A DNA stretch of 64,000 nt from a bacterium. GTDB lineage: Bacteria > Patescibacteriota > Doudnabacteria > UBA920. Location: contig CP064996.1 of NCBI GenBank assembly GCA_016699995.1, positions 74,357-138,356 on the forward strand, read 5' to 3'. A model generated the notes under the pieces. It ran no database searches. It was not told the DNA's origin and saw only the letters and a program-made list of their open reading frames with translations. The position numbers and the translations under genes were made by a program. Below, in pieces: positions 28,191-37,351 of the stretch; positions within the stretch are counted from its first letter, which is position 1, and every line of letters begins with the position of its first letter.

Positions 28191-28565
28191 ATGTCCGAAA
28201 AACCATATAAAGCTTATATCCAAGATCATAAGAACATGATCCTAAGAGATTATTTAGCCATTGACCGCACCATCTTGGCGAATGAAACTAACTACATGTC
28301 GTTTATTCGCACTTCTTTGACTTTAATTGCTGCCGGTGCGACTTTGATCAAATTCTTTAATAGCGAATACACTCAGGCTTTGGGCTGGACTTTTGTAGCA
28401 GTAGGCGGATGGTTGGCGTTTCATGGCTATCGCCGTTACAACAAAGTAGACAGCATCATGCATCAGGTGAAAGGCGACTATATCAACCAGCATATGGAAG
28501 GAACCAAGCGCAATCCAGCCGCTCGCATGTGGCTGATGAAGCTTCTTGGTAAAAACACAGACTAA
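28191..28565 (+). CDS. DUF202/YidH-like small membrane protein
   Basis: 'LRDYLAIDRTILANETNYMSFIRTSLTLIAAG' resembles the DUF202 signature. Two TM helices. Confidence 0.65.
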   Translation: MSEKPYKAYIQDHKNMILRDYLAIDRTILANETNYMSFIRTSLTLIAAGATLIKFFNSEYTQALGWTFVAVGGWLAFHGYRRYNKVDSIMHQVKGDYINQHMEGTKRNPAARMWLMKLLGKNTD

Positions 28566-28673
28566 ATTCTTTCAACCGTCGCCAGGCGGTTTTTTGTTTC
28601 GGCAGTTTTTGGTATACTCAGAATAGATATCCCACTAGAGGAGGACACTGCCGCAACCAACACAGATCATGAT

Positions 28674-29048
28674 TTGGACGTTGAGGTTCGGGAGGTGGAA
28701 GATTTCACTGGCCATAGCCAGGAAACCTACGACTTACTGAATTTTTGCCATGACAACTCGTGCTTAGCAGAAGTTTTTAGAGTGGAAGACCAGCCCTTTT
28801 TTGCTGAGTACATAATGACCGAGCCGGCTGCCGGCGGGGAGTTTGTCTTCGAAATACGAATTAATCTGAAAACTAAAGATCGGCTGAACTTGGTTTTTGG
28901 AAACGTACTAGACGAAGATTCTCTTTACGGCCTGATCGATGCGCTGTTCATTTATGCACCAACTAATATTGGCAGCATAGCGATCGTTGACGTGAAAAAC
29001 GATCAGATCAGGTTCGCAGTCAGTGCAAATACCACACACCGTCTCTAG
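28674..29048 (+). CDS. Hypothetical acidic protein; TTG start, uncertain
   Basis: 124-aa ORF. The only upstream GGAGG is 30 nt away. Confidence 0.35.
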   Translation: MDVEVREVEDFTGHSQETYDLLNFCHDNSCLAEVFRVEDQPFFAEYIMTEPAAGGEFVFEIRINLKTKDRLNLVFGNVLDEDSLYGLIDALFIYAPTNIGSIAIVDVKNDQIRFAVSANTTHRL

Positions 29049-29133
29049 TAGGCGGTTTTATTTTTTGCTTATTTATTATCTGATCTCGGCTTTTTTATTT
29101 TGATTTTTATCGCTATAATTCATCTATAAATAT

Positions 29134-30357
29134 ATGACAGACAAAGCAGGTAAAATTGAACCGCGATTGTTAAAAGGCTTTCGCGACTACGGTTTAGAAG
29201 AACAAGCTAGCCGACAGGCCATGTTTGCAAGGATCCAATCTGTGTTTGAGCAGTTTGGTTTTTTGCCATTGTCGACCCCGGTTTTGGAATACAAAGAAAT
29301 TTTGATGGGGAAGTATGGCGATGATGAGAAGCTCGTGTACAGCTTTAAAGATAACGGCGACCGTGATGTTGCCATGCGATATGATCTGACTGTTCCTTTG
29401 GCCCGTTACGTGGCGCAAAATCTGGGGGGCTTGCCTTTGCCGTTTAAGCGTTACCAAATTGCCCCGGTTTGGCGCGCGGATAATCCTCAGAAGGGCCGCT
29501 TGCGCGAATTCTACCAGTGCGACGTGGACAGCGTGGGCACCGATAGTCCTTTGTCGGACGCAGAGGTGATTGCCTGTTGCGCAAAGGCTATAGAATCTTT
29601 GGGTGTAACTAATTATAAAATCCGCATAAGCGACCGTGAGTTGCTAAAAGATTTAAGCCCAGACGCTATTCGCTCTTTGGATAAGGTTGATAAAATCGGC
29701 ATCGAAGGAATTACAAAAGAAATGAACGACCGCGGCGTTAGCCAGTCGGAGATTGATCTTGCTATTCAATTGGTAGAGGGGACTCGCGTAGCTGTTCCTG
29801 GTCGACTGCAAAAGGTTATAGATGGACTCAAAGAATATGGGCTTAAGGGTCAAATTGAATTCGATCCTACCATTGCTCGCGGCTTGGATTATTATTCCGG
29901 CACAGTTTTCGAGACAGTTTTGCCGGAGAAGCCGGAGTACGGCAGCATCTGCAGCGGCGGCCGCTACGACGGCTTAGTGGATCAGTTTTCCAGTCAGTCC
30001 CTTGCGGCGGTTGGAGGCAGTATTGGAATCGACCGCTTGTATGGCGCTTTAGAAGAATTAGGGCTAATCCCTAAGACCAGCGGCATTCAGGTATTGGTAC
30101 TGAATCAGGATGAAAGGTATCAAAGCGAATATATTAAGCTAGTCACCCAGCTGCGCAGCGCCGGCATTAACACCGAACTGTACTATGAGGCAGCAAAATT
30201 GGACAAACAGTTCAAATACGGCGAGCGCAAGAATATTCCGTTTGCGGTTGTCATGGGCGAAGAGGAAATCGCCAGCGGTAAAGTAAAACTCAAAAACCTT
30301 TCCACTAGAGAACAAGAAGAAGTTTCTATTGACGAACTAGCAGATAAAATTAGATAA
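29134..30357 (+). CDS. hisS: Histidyl-tRNA synthetase, canonical copy
   Basis: Motif 1 region 'RGFRDY', motif 2 'WRADNPQKGRLREFYQCDVDSVG', motif 3 'GGRYDGL' and a C-terminal anticodon-binding domain. 407 aa. Confidence 0.85.
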   Translation: MTDKAGKIEPRLLKGFRDYGLEEQASRQAMFARIQSVFEQFGFLPLSTPVLEYKEILMGKYGDDEKLVYSFKDNGDRDVAMRYDLTVPLARYVAQNLGGLPLPFKRYQIAPVWRADNPQKGRLREFYQCDVDSVGTDSPLSDAEVIACCAKAIESLGVTNYKIRISDRELLKDLSPDAIRSLDKVDKIGIEGITKEMNDRGVSQSEIDLAIQLVEGTRVAVPGRLQKVIDGLKEYGLKGQIEFDPTIARGLDYYSGTVFETVLPEKPEYGSICSGGRYDGLVDQFSSQSLAAVGGSIGIDRLYGALEELGLIPKTSGIQVLVLNQDERYQSEYIKLVTQLRSAGINTELYYEAAKLDKQFKYGERKNIPFAVVMGEEEIASGKVKLKNLSTREQEEVSIDELADKIR

Positions 30358-30432
30358 GATATATAAAAGATATCTTCTTTTCTTTATAAATAGTTTACTA
30401 GGCCTTGAACGGATAGTATTCATAATAGGAAC

Positions 30433-31911
30433 ATGATTGCTAAATCTGTTTCTATTTTTTTATGGTCGTTTGTTGTTGGAATAATTCTGGCATATGCCGA
30501 GTTGCTCACAAATGCTGCAATACAAGTCCTTGCTATCGGGCTAGGAATGCTTGGATTGGTTTTTATGCTGGGGTTATGCTTGAGAGTGCCGGTAAGAGCA
30601 GCAAGGGTGGCGCAGTTTGTAGTTGCAGTCTGTTTAGGGTTAAGCGCAGGCGGAATAAGCTGGATGGGTAATATTCAGGCTAGCCAATTTTCGGCTCTTG
30701 TAGGATCTTCGGTTAATACCGAGGGGGTAGTCACTGGCTGGCCGACTATCACTGCGTCTGGGAATCAGGCGTTAATGATCCGACCGGACGGTTTTACCCA
30801 GTCATTACGGGCCAGCTTGCGCATTCCTCTTAAGGTGCGGGCCGGGGATAGAGTATGGATACGAGGACGCATCAAGCAGCCGGAAAATTTTAGCTCATTT
30901 AATTACGTCTCGTATTTACAGAAGAGTAATGTGTACGCCGAATTAGACAAGCCGAAAATTGCCGTAATCGAAAAGCACAATGCTCCATTGGGGACGATGC
31001 TGTGGGGCCTCCGCAGTTGGGTGATTCAAACTATTAACAGCAAGTTAAGCCCCAACGCAGCAAGCATTGTTTTAGGTATGATTATCGGTTATTCGGACGA
31101 AATGCCCAAACCAATCGGTGAGGCTTTTAAGGCCACTGGCTTAACTCACATTTTAGTGGCTTCGGGGTTTAACTTGGCAATTATTGCCGGTAGCATTGGC
31201 GGCGTCGGTTGGATGTTAGGACGCCGCCTTGGAGACACTTTGAGTTTGGGTGTAATTTGGATGTTTGTCATGCTGACAGGGGGTGGAGGGAGCGTGTTTC
31301 GGGCCGGGGTAATGGCTACTATTGTTTTAACTGCGCGCAGTACGGGCCGGTTTACTTCGAGCTATCATACATTGCTAATGGCTGTGGTAATAATGACAAT
31401 AATAAATCCCAAGCAATTGTTTTATGATATTGGATTTCAACTCAGCGTGGCGGCGACTGCCGGCGTGTTGGAAGCAGGAAAGTTAAGAACTCATCTACAA
31501 CGCGAGGGCTGGTTGGGAGATTTGCTTTGGCCAACCGTAGGTGCCATTATATTTACTGCGCCCATTATCGCTTTTTATTTCGGAACATTTAGTGTTGTTG
31601 CGCCCGTAGCCAATTTGCTGGTGCTGCCATTGGTGGAGATAGTCATGTTGTTCGGTGCATTAACTTTGCTACCCCTTATTAGCATCGCTAGCGCTCCGAT
31701 AACAGAGATAATGGTGGCGGTAATCCTAAAGATCACTACGACCTTGGCCTCATGGCGGTACAGCACAGTTGCCGTGGAATCAAATTTGCTTATCGTAATT
31801 GGCTATTACATCATTACTTTTTTGCTGCGCGAATCATTCTATTTCCGAAGCCGAAAAGGGCAGTTGAAAAATACTGTTTCGTCTGATAAGATAACAAAAA
31901 TAATCATTTAA
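30433..31911 (+). CDS. comEC: ComEC/Rec2-family DNA internalisation channel, lacking the metallo-beta-lactamase domain
   Basis: Polytopic protein. The Competence domain carries 'GLTHILVASGFNLAIIAG'. Confidence 0.8.
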   Translation: MIAKSVSIFLWSFVVGIILAYAELLTNAAIQVLAIGLGMLGLVFMLGLCLRVPVRAARVAQFVVAVCLGLSAGGISWMGNIQASQFSALVGSSVNTEGVVTGWPTITASGNQALMIRPDGFTQSLRASLRIPLKVRAGDRVWIRGRIKQPENFSSFNYVSYLQKSNVYAELDKPKIAVIEKHNAPLGTMLWGLRSWVIQTINSKLSPNAASIVLGMIIGYSDEMPKPIGEAFKATGLTHILVASGFNLAIIAGSIGGVGWMLGRRLGDTLSLGVIWMFVMLTGGGGSVFRAGVMATIVLTARSTGRFTSSYHTLLMAVVIMTIINPKQLFYDIGFQLSVAATAGVLEAGKLRTHLQREGWLGDLLWPTVGAIIFTAPIIAFYFGTFSVVAPVANLLVLPLVEIVMLFGALTLLPLISIASAPITEIMVAVILKITTTLASWRYSTVAVESNLLIVIGYYIITFLLRESFYFRSRKGQLKNTVSSDKITKIII

Positions 31912-31926
31912 ACAGAATGGCAAATT

Positions 31927-32646
31927 ATGAATAAAAAAATCGTTTACGTAATAATTGCTTTGGTGGTATTGGGTGTTGCTAGTTGGTTCATCTGGGGTCG
32001 TTCCAGTGACACTACTGAGGAACAGTCCGAACAGACCCAAACCGAGAATGAGCAAACTGCCCAAACAACCGGTACCGAATCAACTCCGGCAGAACCCTGT
32101 GAAAGAACATTTAATAATTCAGATATAAATAAAGTGACTGTAAACTCAACCGATAAATTTGTAACCCTCAGCGTCGAAGGCTTCGGCGACATTAAGATCG
32201 AAGTAGATCGTGCTGCTGCGCCTAAGACTTCGGAAAATTTCTTAAAACTAGCTAAATCTGGTTTCTATGACTGTCTAACTTTCCACCGTGTAGCTGATGG
32301 TTTTGTCATCCAGGGTGGTGATCCTAATGGGGACGGTACAGGCGGTCCTGGTTACACTGTTCCGGCCGAAATTAAACTGCCTCATCTAAAGTACTCTGTC
32401 GCAACCGCGCGCCAGGGCGACAACGTTAATCCTAACCGCGAATCTTCTGGTAGTCAGTTCTATATTGCTTTAGATGCGCTTCCGATGTTGGATGGCCAGT
32501 ATACCGTATTTGGTAAAGTTGTGGCTGGCACCGACGTAGTAGATAAAATCGGCGGTGTGCCGATTGCCCCTGGTCCATTCGGCGGCGGTGATGGCGCGCC
32601 AAAGGAAAAAGTCGTGATTAAAAAAGCGACTGTTTCCGATAAGTAG
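31927..32646 (+). CDS. ppiB: Cyclophilin-type peptidyl-prolyl cis-trans isomerase with an N-terminal membrane anchor/signal and a Q/E/T-rich linker
   Basis: 'FHRVADGFVIQGGDP...GTGGPGY' cyclophilin core. Confidence 0.88.
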   Translation: MNKKIVYVIIALVVLGVASWFIWGRSSDTTEEQSEQTQTENEQTAQTTGTESTPAEPCERTFNNSDINKVTVNSTDKFVTLSVEGFGDIKIEVDRAAAPKTSENFLKLAKSGFYDCLTFHRVADGFVIQGGDPNGDGTGGPGYTVPAEIKLPHLKYSVATARQGDNVNPNRESSGSQFYIALDALPMLDGQYTVFGKVVAGTDVVDKIGGVPIAPGPFGGGDGAPKEKVVIKKATVSDK

Positions 32647-32705
32647 CATGCGCGGCGCCTTGCCGACGCTTAAAACTTTTCGATCAATTTAATTAATATT
32701 ATTTC

Positions 32706-33212
32706 ATGGAAGAAACAATGGAACAAAGCTTAGTGCTCCTTAAGCCTGACGCGATTGACCGCGGCTTGGTAGGGGAGATTATTCAGCGCTTCGAGCGAGT
32801 CGGGCTTAAGATAGTCGGGATGAAGATGCTCGTGCCAACTCATGATCATGCCACCGGCCATTACACTGAGGATCTAGCCATTCGCCGTGGCGAACATGTC
32901 CGCAATCTTATGGTAGACATGCTCGTATCGGGACCGATTGTAGCGATGGTTTTGGAAGGAATTGAAGCTGTTGAGCTGATTCGCAAAATGGTTGGAGGAA
33001 CCGAGCCAAAGTCCGCTGCCCCAGGGACTATCCGCGGCGACTATTCGCATGTCTCCTTTAAGCACACCGATAAGCATAACTCCAAGCTTTATAATTTGAT
33101 CCATGCATCAAGCAGCGTGGAGGAAGCTAAGCAGGAGATCAGCGTTTGGTTCGACGAGGCAGAGTTGATCAGCCATGATCCTACTTATACTGGAAAAACG
33201 CTTAATAAATAA
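32706..33212 (+). CDS. ndk: Nucleoside diphosphate kinase
   Basis: 'LVLLKPDAIDRGLVGEIIQRFE' and the active-site His region 'NLIHASSS'. Confidence 0.9.
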   Translation: MEETMEQSLVLLKPDAIDRGLVGEIIQRFERVGLKIVGMKMLVPTHDHATGHYTEDLAIRRGEHVRNLMVDMLVSGPIVAMVLEGIEAVELIRKMVGGTEPKSAAPGTIRGDYSHVSFKHTDKHNSKLYNLIHASSSVEEAKQEISVWFDEAELISHDPTYTGKTLNK

Positions 33213-33267
33213 ATTTAAAAAACCGCCGGAAAGGCGGTTTTATTTTTTTAATTCAAATTAGTATGGC

Positions 33268-34830
33268 TTACTTTTTTCTGAAGAAAGTCGGTAGGCCGGG
33301 CATGCGGGACGAGATATCCTGCAGCTTAATTTCGCGCACCCGCTGGAAGATGCCTTTGTCATTTTCCTGTAGGTACTTGCGGATCATGCTGCGGGCATGA
33401 CTGGTTTTGGCTACGGTAAGCCAGTCGCGCGAAGGCGTCGCTGGTTTTTTGGATTTCAAAATCTCCACAACATCGCCTTGGTGCAGCTCATCGGCTAGGC
33501 GGGCTATTTTACCATTTACTTTGGCGCCCATCATTTGGTAGCCCAGATCGGAATGGACTGCGAAAGCAAAGTCGATAACCGAAGCCCCAACGGGCAGGTC
33601 CTTTACATCGCCCTTGGGCGTGAGTATAAAGATGCGGTCCTTGAAGAAATCCACTTTTAATCCTTCTAAGAATTCTTCTGGGTGAGCTACCATCTCCTCC
33701 TGCCAGGCGCGCAGCTCTTGGAACCATTTCTGGCCGCGTTCTAAATTTTCTGGTTTGCCCTTTTCGGCGTAAAACCAGTGTGCGGCGATACCTCTCTCGG
33801 CGGTTTCGTGCATGAGATCGGTTCTAACCTGCACCTCGAATACTTCACCGTCTTCGTCGAACACTGTGGTGTGGATGCTTTGATAGCCGTTTGGTTTTGG
33901 GGTGGCAATAAAATCTTTAACGCGTCCGGGAACTGGATTAAAGTGCTTATGGATGATACCCAAAACAGCGTAGCAGTCGGCTGTCGATTTGGTGATGACT
34001 CGTAGTGCATATAAGTCCCGGATTTTGGTGATGTCGTTGTCGTATCGCTCTAACTTTTTTGCGAGTGAATAGATACGCTTGGTGCGGCCGGTAATTTCTT
34101 CGAATTTTATTCCTTCCAGCTTTAAAATTGAGTACAGTTCCTTTTGCATTTCCTTGATACTCTTCGCTCGTTTGGCTAATTGGTCGTTAAGCAGCTGTTC
34201 GGTTTTAGTATAATTTTCGGGGTCCACAATCTTGAAAGACATGTCTTCCAGTTCGTCCTTCCAGGAACCAATACCTAGGCGTCCGGCAATTGGCGCATAC
34301 ATCCCCAAGGTTTCTGTGGCAATTTTTTGCTGCTTTTCGGGGGGTAAATGTTCGAGCGTGCGCATGTTATGCAAACGATCGGAAAGCTTGATAAGCATTA
34401 CTCGCACGTCCTTGCTGGTGGCAATAAACATTTTGCGCAAATTTTCTACGTAGTATTCATCCTGGCTGTTTAGCAGGCGCACTTGCCCGAGCTTTGTGAC
34501 ACCATCAACAAGCTCAGCGATTTCTTCGCCGAATTCTTTTGTAAGGTCTTCTAAGGTGGTCTGGGTATCTTCGGTAATGTCATGCAAGATAGTTGCTACG
34601 ATCGTAGCTGTGTCCGGAAAAATTTGTCCTAAAATCGTAGCCGCTGCCATAGGGTGGTGTACAAAGTCTTCGCCACTTTTTCGCTTTTGCCCCTGGTGGG
34701 CCCGGCGGGCAAAGCTCAGCGCATGTTCAATAAGCCCCTTATCTTTGGCATTAAATTTATGCGGAATTGAATTAAAGAAATCTTGCATATAGGGTATTAT
34801 AGCAAATAAAAACGCACTATTTTCTGGCAT
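33268..34830 (-). CDS. rel: RelA/SpoT-family (p)ppGpp synthetase/hydrolase, short form: HD, synthetase and TGS domains, without the ACT/RRM tail
   Basis: HD motif 'HHPMAAATIL...HDITED', synthetase 'RVKDF...YQSIHTTV' and a C-terminal TGS domain. 520 aa. Confidence 0.9.
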   Translation of the reverse strand: MPENSAFLFAIIPYMQDFFNSIPHKFNAKDKGLIEHALSFARRAHQGQKRKSGEDFVHHPMAAATILGQIFPDTATIVATILHDITEDTQTTLEDLTKEFGEEIAELVDGVTKLGQVRLLNSQDEYYVENLRKMFIATSKDVRVMLIKLSDRLHNMRTLEHLPPEKQQKIATETLGMYAPIAGRLGIGSWKDELEDMSFKIVDPENYTKTEQLLNDQLAKRAKSIKEMQKELYSILKLEGIKFEEITGRTKRIYSLAKKLERYDNDITKIRDLYALRVITKSTADCYAVLGIIHKHFNPVPGRVKDFIATPKPNGYQSIHTTVFDEDGEVFEVQVRTDLMHETAERGIAAHWFYAEKGKPENLERGQKWFQELRAWQEEMVAHPEEFLEGLKVDFFKDRIFILTPKGDVKDLPVGASVIDFAFAVHSDLGYQMMGAKVNGKIARLADELHQGDVVEILKSKKPATPSRDWLTVAKTSHARSMIRKYLQENDKGIFQRVREIKLQDISSRMPGLPTFFRKK

Positions 34831-34854
34831 AAATGCAATATAAAAAGCCTCAAA

Positions 34855-35658
34855 TTAATGAGGCTTAGATATGGTCTTAGTGATCTCGATGAGCTGCTTA
34901 TGCAGAATCGGATTGGCGGCCACAAAGGGTCCGGTGCCGGTTTCCCATGGCTCGCCTTTAAGATCGGTTACTAAGCAGCCAGATTCTTCCAGTAGTAAAA
35001 CCGTGCCAGCGTAGTCCCACACTCCGCCACCGCCGGAACAGATATACCAGTGTTTGCGGCCGTCGGCTATGTAGTTGCAACTTACTCCGGTGCAACCAAG
35101 GCTGCTGGCCCAGGCCGATTTTTCCTGAACGACTTCTAGTATTTTGTTAAAGAAGTCTTTGCGAAGGAAGGATATTGAATCATTGGTTAGACCGATACTG
35201 TCCCGAATTGTATCGTGTGCAGAACAGTTTGTAGGGCTGCCGTTTTTGAAAGCGCCTTTGCCCTTTTCGGCAAAAAACATTTCGTTATGGATCGGATCAT
35301 ACACCGCTCCATAGAGCGTCTGGCCTTTATGCTTTAGGGCAGCGATGATCGCATAGCACGGCACCCCTGTGCGATAGTTAAGCGTGCCGTCGAGCGGATC
35401 TATGACCCAAACATATTCGTTATCTATTCCTTCTGCCGGAATCTCTTCCGATACGATCCCATGATCCGGGAACATTTTTTTGATTCGGTTGTAAAACAGT
35501 TCGTTAGACTTTTTATCTGCTTCGGTAACTAGGTCGAGACTGCCGGATTTTTCGCATACCTCGCCAAAATTTCCAAACATCTTCCGGGTCAGTCTGCCCG
35601 CAGCCAGAGTGGTGCTCAGCAGAAATTGCTTTAATGTTACTTGTTCTTTTTTCATCAA
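34855..35658 (-). CDS. suhB: Inositol monophosphatase family protein
   Basis: 'WVIDPLDGTLNY' and 'GG..WD' motifs. Confidence 0.85.
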   Translation of the reverse strand: MMKKEQVTLKQFLLSTTLAAGRLTRKMFGNFGEVCEKSGSLDLVTEADKKSNELFYNRIKKMFPDHGIVSEEIPAEGIDNEYVWVIDPLDGTLNYRTGVPCYAIIAALKHKGQTLYGAVYDPIHNEMFFAEKGKGAFKNGSPTNCSAHDTIRDSIGLTNDSISFLRKDFFNKILEVVQEKSAWASSLGCTGVSCNYIADGRKHWYICSGGGGVWDYAGTVLLLEESGCLVTDLKGEPWETGTGPFVAANPILHKQLIEITKTISKPH

Positions 35659-35782
35659 TCCTCCTAAAAATGACTTTATACTTTAGCAGAATTCCGTACG
35701 ATGGTCAATATTGATATTTTGTATAGTCTTTAGCAAAAATCAAGAGAAAATTGAATATTTTGGATTGAATTTTAACTTAATC

Positions 35783-35810
35783 TTGAATCGAAAATAAGTA
35801 GTATTCAAAT
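35783..35810 (+). promoter_or_regulatory. Promoter of tRNA-like RNA copy 2
   Basis: TTGAAT-N16-TCAAAT followed by 'ATGT' and the first G. It is the same layout as the promoter of copy 1. Confidence 0.45.
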
Positions 35811-35814
35811 ATGT

Positions 35815-35940
35815 GGGTCGGTTCTCTGGTTGAGAAAGAACGGATCGCCACCCATTCTTTGCGGGTTCGATTCCCGTCCGGTCCACCATCCTTGAAAAAG
35901 GATTCATGTGTGTGGTATGATGCACACGGCGATCCGTTCT
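35815..35940 (+). ncRNA. tRNA-like structured RNA, copy 2. Paralogue of 16614-16736, with a different, compensatory 13-bp closing helix.
   Basis: GGGTCGG-TTCTCTGGTTGAGAA-...GCGGGTTCGATTCCCGTCCGGTCCACCA, then ATCCTTGAAAAAGGAT and CATGTGTGTGGTATGATGCACACG. AGAACGGATCGCC (35837-35849) is the exact reverse complement of GGCGATCCGTTCT (35928-35940). No anticodon stem can be drawn. An intrinsic terminator follows. Confidence 0.6.
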
Positions 35941-35960
35941 AAAACAACAAGAACCGAAAT

Positions 35961-35992
35961 AAAACCATCTTTAATAGATGGTTTTATTTTTG
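35961..35992 (+). terminator. Intrinsic terminator ending the tRNA-like RNA transcript
   Basis: 'aaaaccatct ttaat agatggtttt' followed by a T-rich tract. Confidence 0.65.
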
Positions 35993-36028
35993 TTTGAAAT
36001 TTTTATGTTCGTTGGGCATACTGAACCT

Positions 36029-36955
36029 ATGCCAGAACTACCGGAGGTTCAGACTGTTGTAACAGAGCTGAACAAGAAACTAAAAAACAGAAAAATTGAC
36101 CGTGTTATTGTGAATATGGGTAAGATCATCAGTATTGGTCCGCAGACTGTTAGCAATGTTCGCAATACTTCGCAGAAAACAGTTAATCAATTTGCACGTT
36201 TGCTAGAAGGGCGAAAATTTTTAAGCGTACGGCGCCGAGGCAAGATGCTTATTTTTGATGTAGACGGGCCGTTGTCTTTGCTGGCTCATTTAAAAATGAC
36301 CGGACAGTTTATTTTTGAAGACAAGGTTCAAGCTAAGAAGACCGGCAGCCAGTATCGGATTTTAAACAAGCTTACTGCTCCTTTGGTAAAGCTTCCTGCT
36401 AAGCATACTCACGTAATTTTTAAATTCACTGATGGTTCTACTTTGTATTACAACGATACGCGCCAGTTTGGCTACTTGCGTATTGTTAAAGATGCAGACA
36501 TCGATAAGGTGAAGGAATTTAAAGAGTACGGACCTGAGCCTTTGGAAAAGGAATTTACCTACGAGGTTTTTGCCAGCAGTTTAAAGAATAGAAAGAAGAT
36601 TCCTATAAAACTGGCTCTCATGGATACCAAGGTTGTGGTAGGAATAGGGAATATATATAGTGATGAAATTTTATACCATGCCCGCGTCCGACCCGATCGC
36701 ACCGTCGATACCATTCGACCGCGCGAGCTAAGAGCGGTTTTCGAGCAGATTAAACCAGTGCTGTTAACCGGCATTAAATATAAAGGTTCCAGCGTGGGCG
36801 ACTTTATTCGCACCGACGGTAAATGGGGAAGCATGGGCAAGCACCACTATGTTTACGGGCGCAAGGGCCAGCCGTGCCTCGGCTGTGGTACAATAATTTT
36901 AAGTAAGAAATTGGGCGGACGCACCACTAGCTATTGCCCAAAAGAGCAGAAATAA
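36029..36955 (+). CDS. fpg: Formamidopyrimidine-DNA glycosylase (Fpg/MutM)
   Basis: 'MPELPEVQTV' N-terminus with the catalytic Pro2 and Glu3, an H2TH domain and a C-terminal CxxC...CxxC zinc finger. The track ORF's upstream extension from 35978 is not used. Confidence 0.92.
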   Translation: MPELPEVQTVVTELNKKLKNRKIDRVIVNMGKIISIGPQTVSNVRNTSQKTVNQFARLLEGRKFLSVRRRGKMLIFDVDGPLSLLAHLKMTGQFIFEDKVQAKKTGSQYRILNKLTAPLVKLPAKHTHVIFKFTDGSTLYYNDTRQFGYLRIVKDADIDKVKEFKEYGPEPLEKEFTYEVFASSLKNRKKIPIKLALMDTKVVVGIGNIYSDEILYHARVRPDRTVDTIRPRELRAVFEQIKPVLLTGIKYKGSSVGDFIRTDGKWGSMGKHHYVYGRKGQPCLGCGTIILSKKLGGRTTSYCPKEQK

Positions 36956-36969
36956 CCAGGGAAAATAAT

Positions 36970-37314
36970 ATGACAGACGAACGTTGGCAACAATTTGTAG
37001 ATATGGCTCAGGATACTTTTGATAATGTCGAAATTACCCGCGAGGATCTAACTGCCCAAACTATGGATGGGCCCGAAGTGCGCGGCTATGTTAACGTTTT
37101 AATTTTTGACCGCGAGGGTGATCGCTATAAGCTGGAACGGGAAAATAAACCTCTTGTTTTAGAGCGTACCGAACATCATGCCAAGCGCGCTAATGACACC
37201 GCCCGCATTGACTATAAGTTTTCGGATACAGAATTTACTCATAAGCTACGCGTATTCAAAGAAAACGATATGGGTGATTGGGATGAAATTAGCACCGCGG
37301 CACTGGGCCTGTAG
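36970..37314 (+). CDS. Hypothetical acidic protein
   Basis: ATG at 36970 just after the fpg stop. No recognisable domain. Confidence 0.45.
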   Translation: MTDERWQQFVDMAQDTFDNVEITREDLTAQTMDGPEVRGYVNVLIFDREGDRYKLERENKPLVLERTEHHAKRANDTARIDYKFSDTEFTHKLRVFKENDMGDWDEISTAALGL

Positions 37315-37351
37315 AAACGCCTAACTAGGTTTTGCATCAATATTTATTTTC

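Noticed and set aside
35740-35925. Track ORF of 61 aa on the minus strand, together with ORFs 16456-16692 and 16535-16738
   Set aside because: They are antisense translations of the tRNA-like RNA genes and their terminators; the product contains 'GIEPAKNG', a typical tRNA-antisense artefact. There is no RBS.
16614-35940. The two tRNA-like copies as attL/attR ends of an integrated mobile element
   Set aside because: The copies are in inverted rather than direct orientation. The 19 kb between them is core housekeeping DNA (pth, der, lepB, ftsA, ftsZ, hisS, rel) with no integrase. Both copies are complete, with promoters and terminators, and show compensatory rather than identical flanks.
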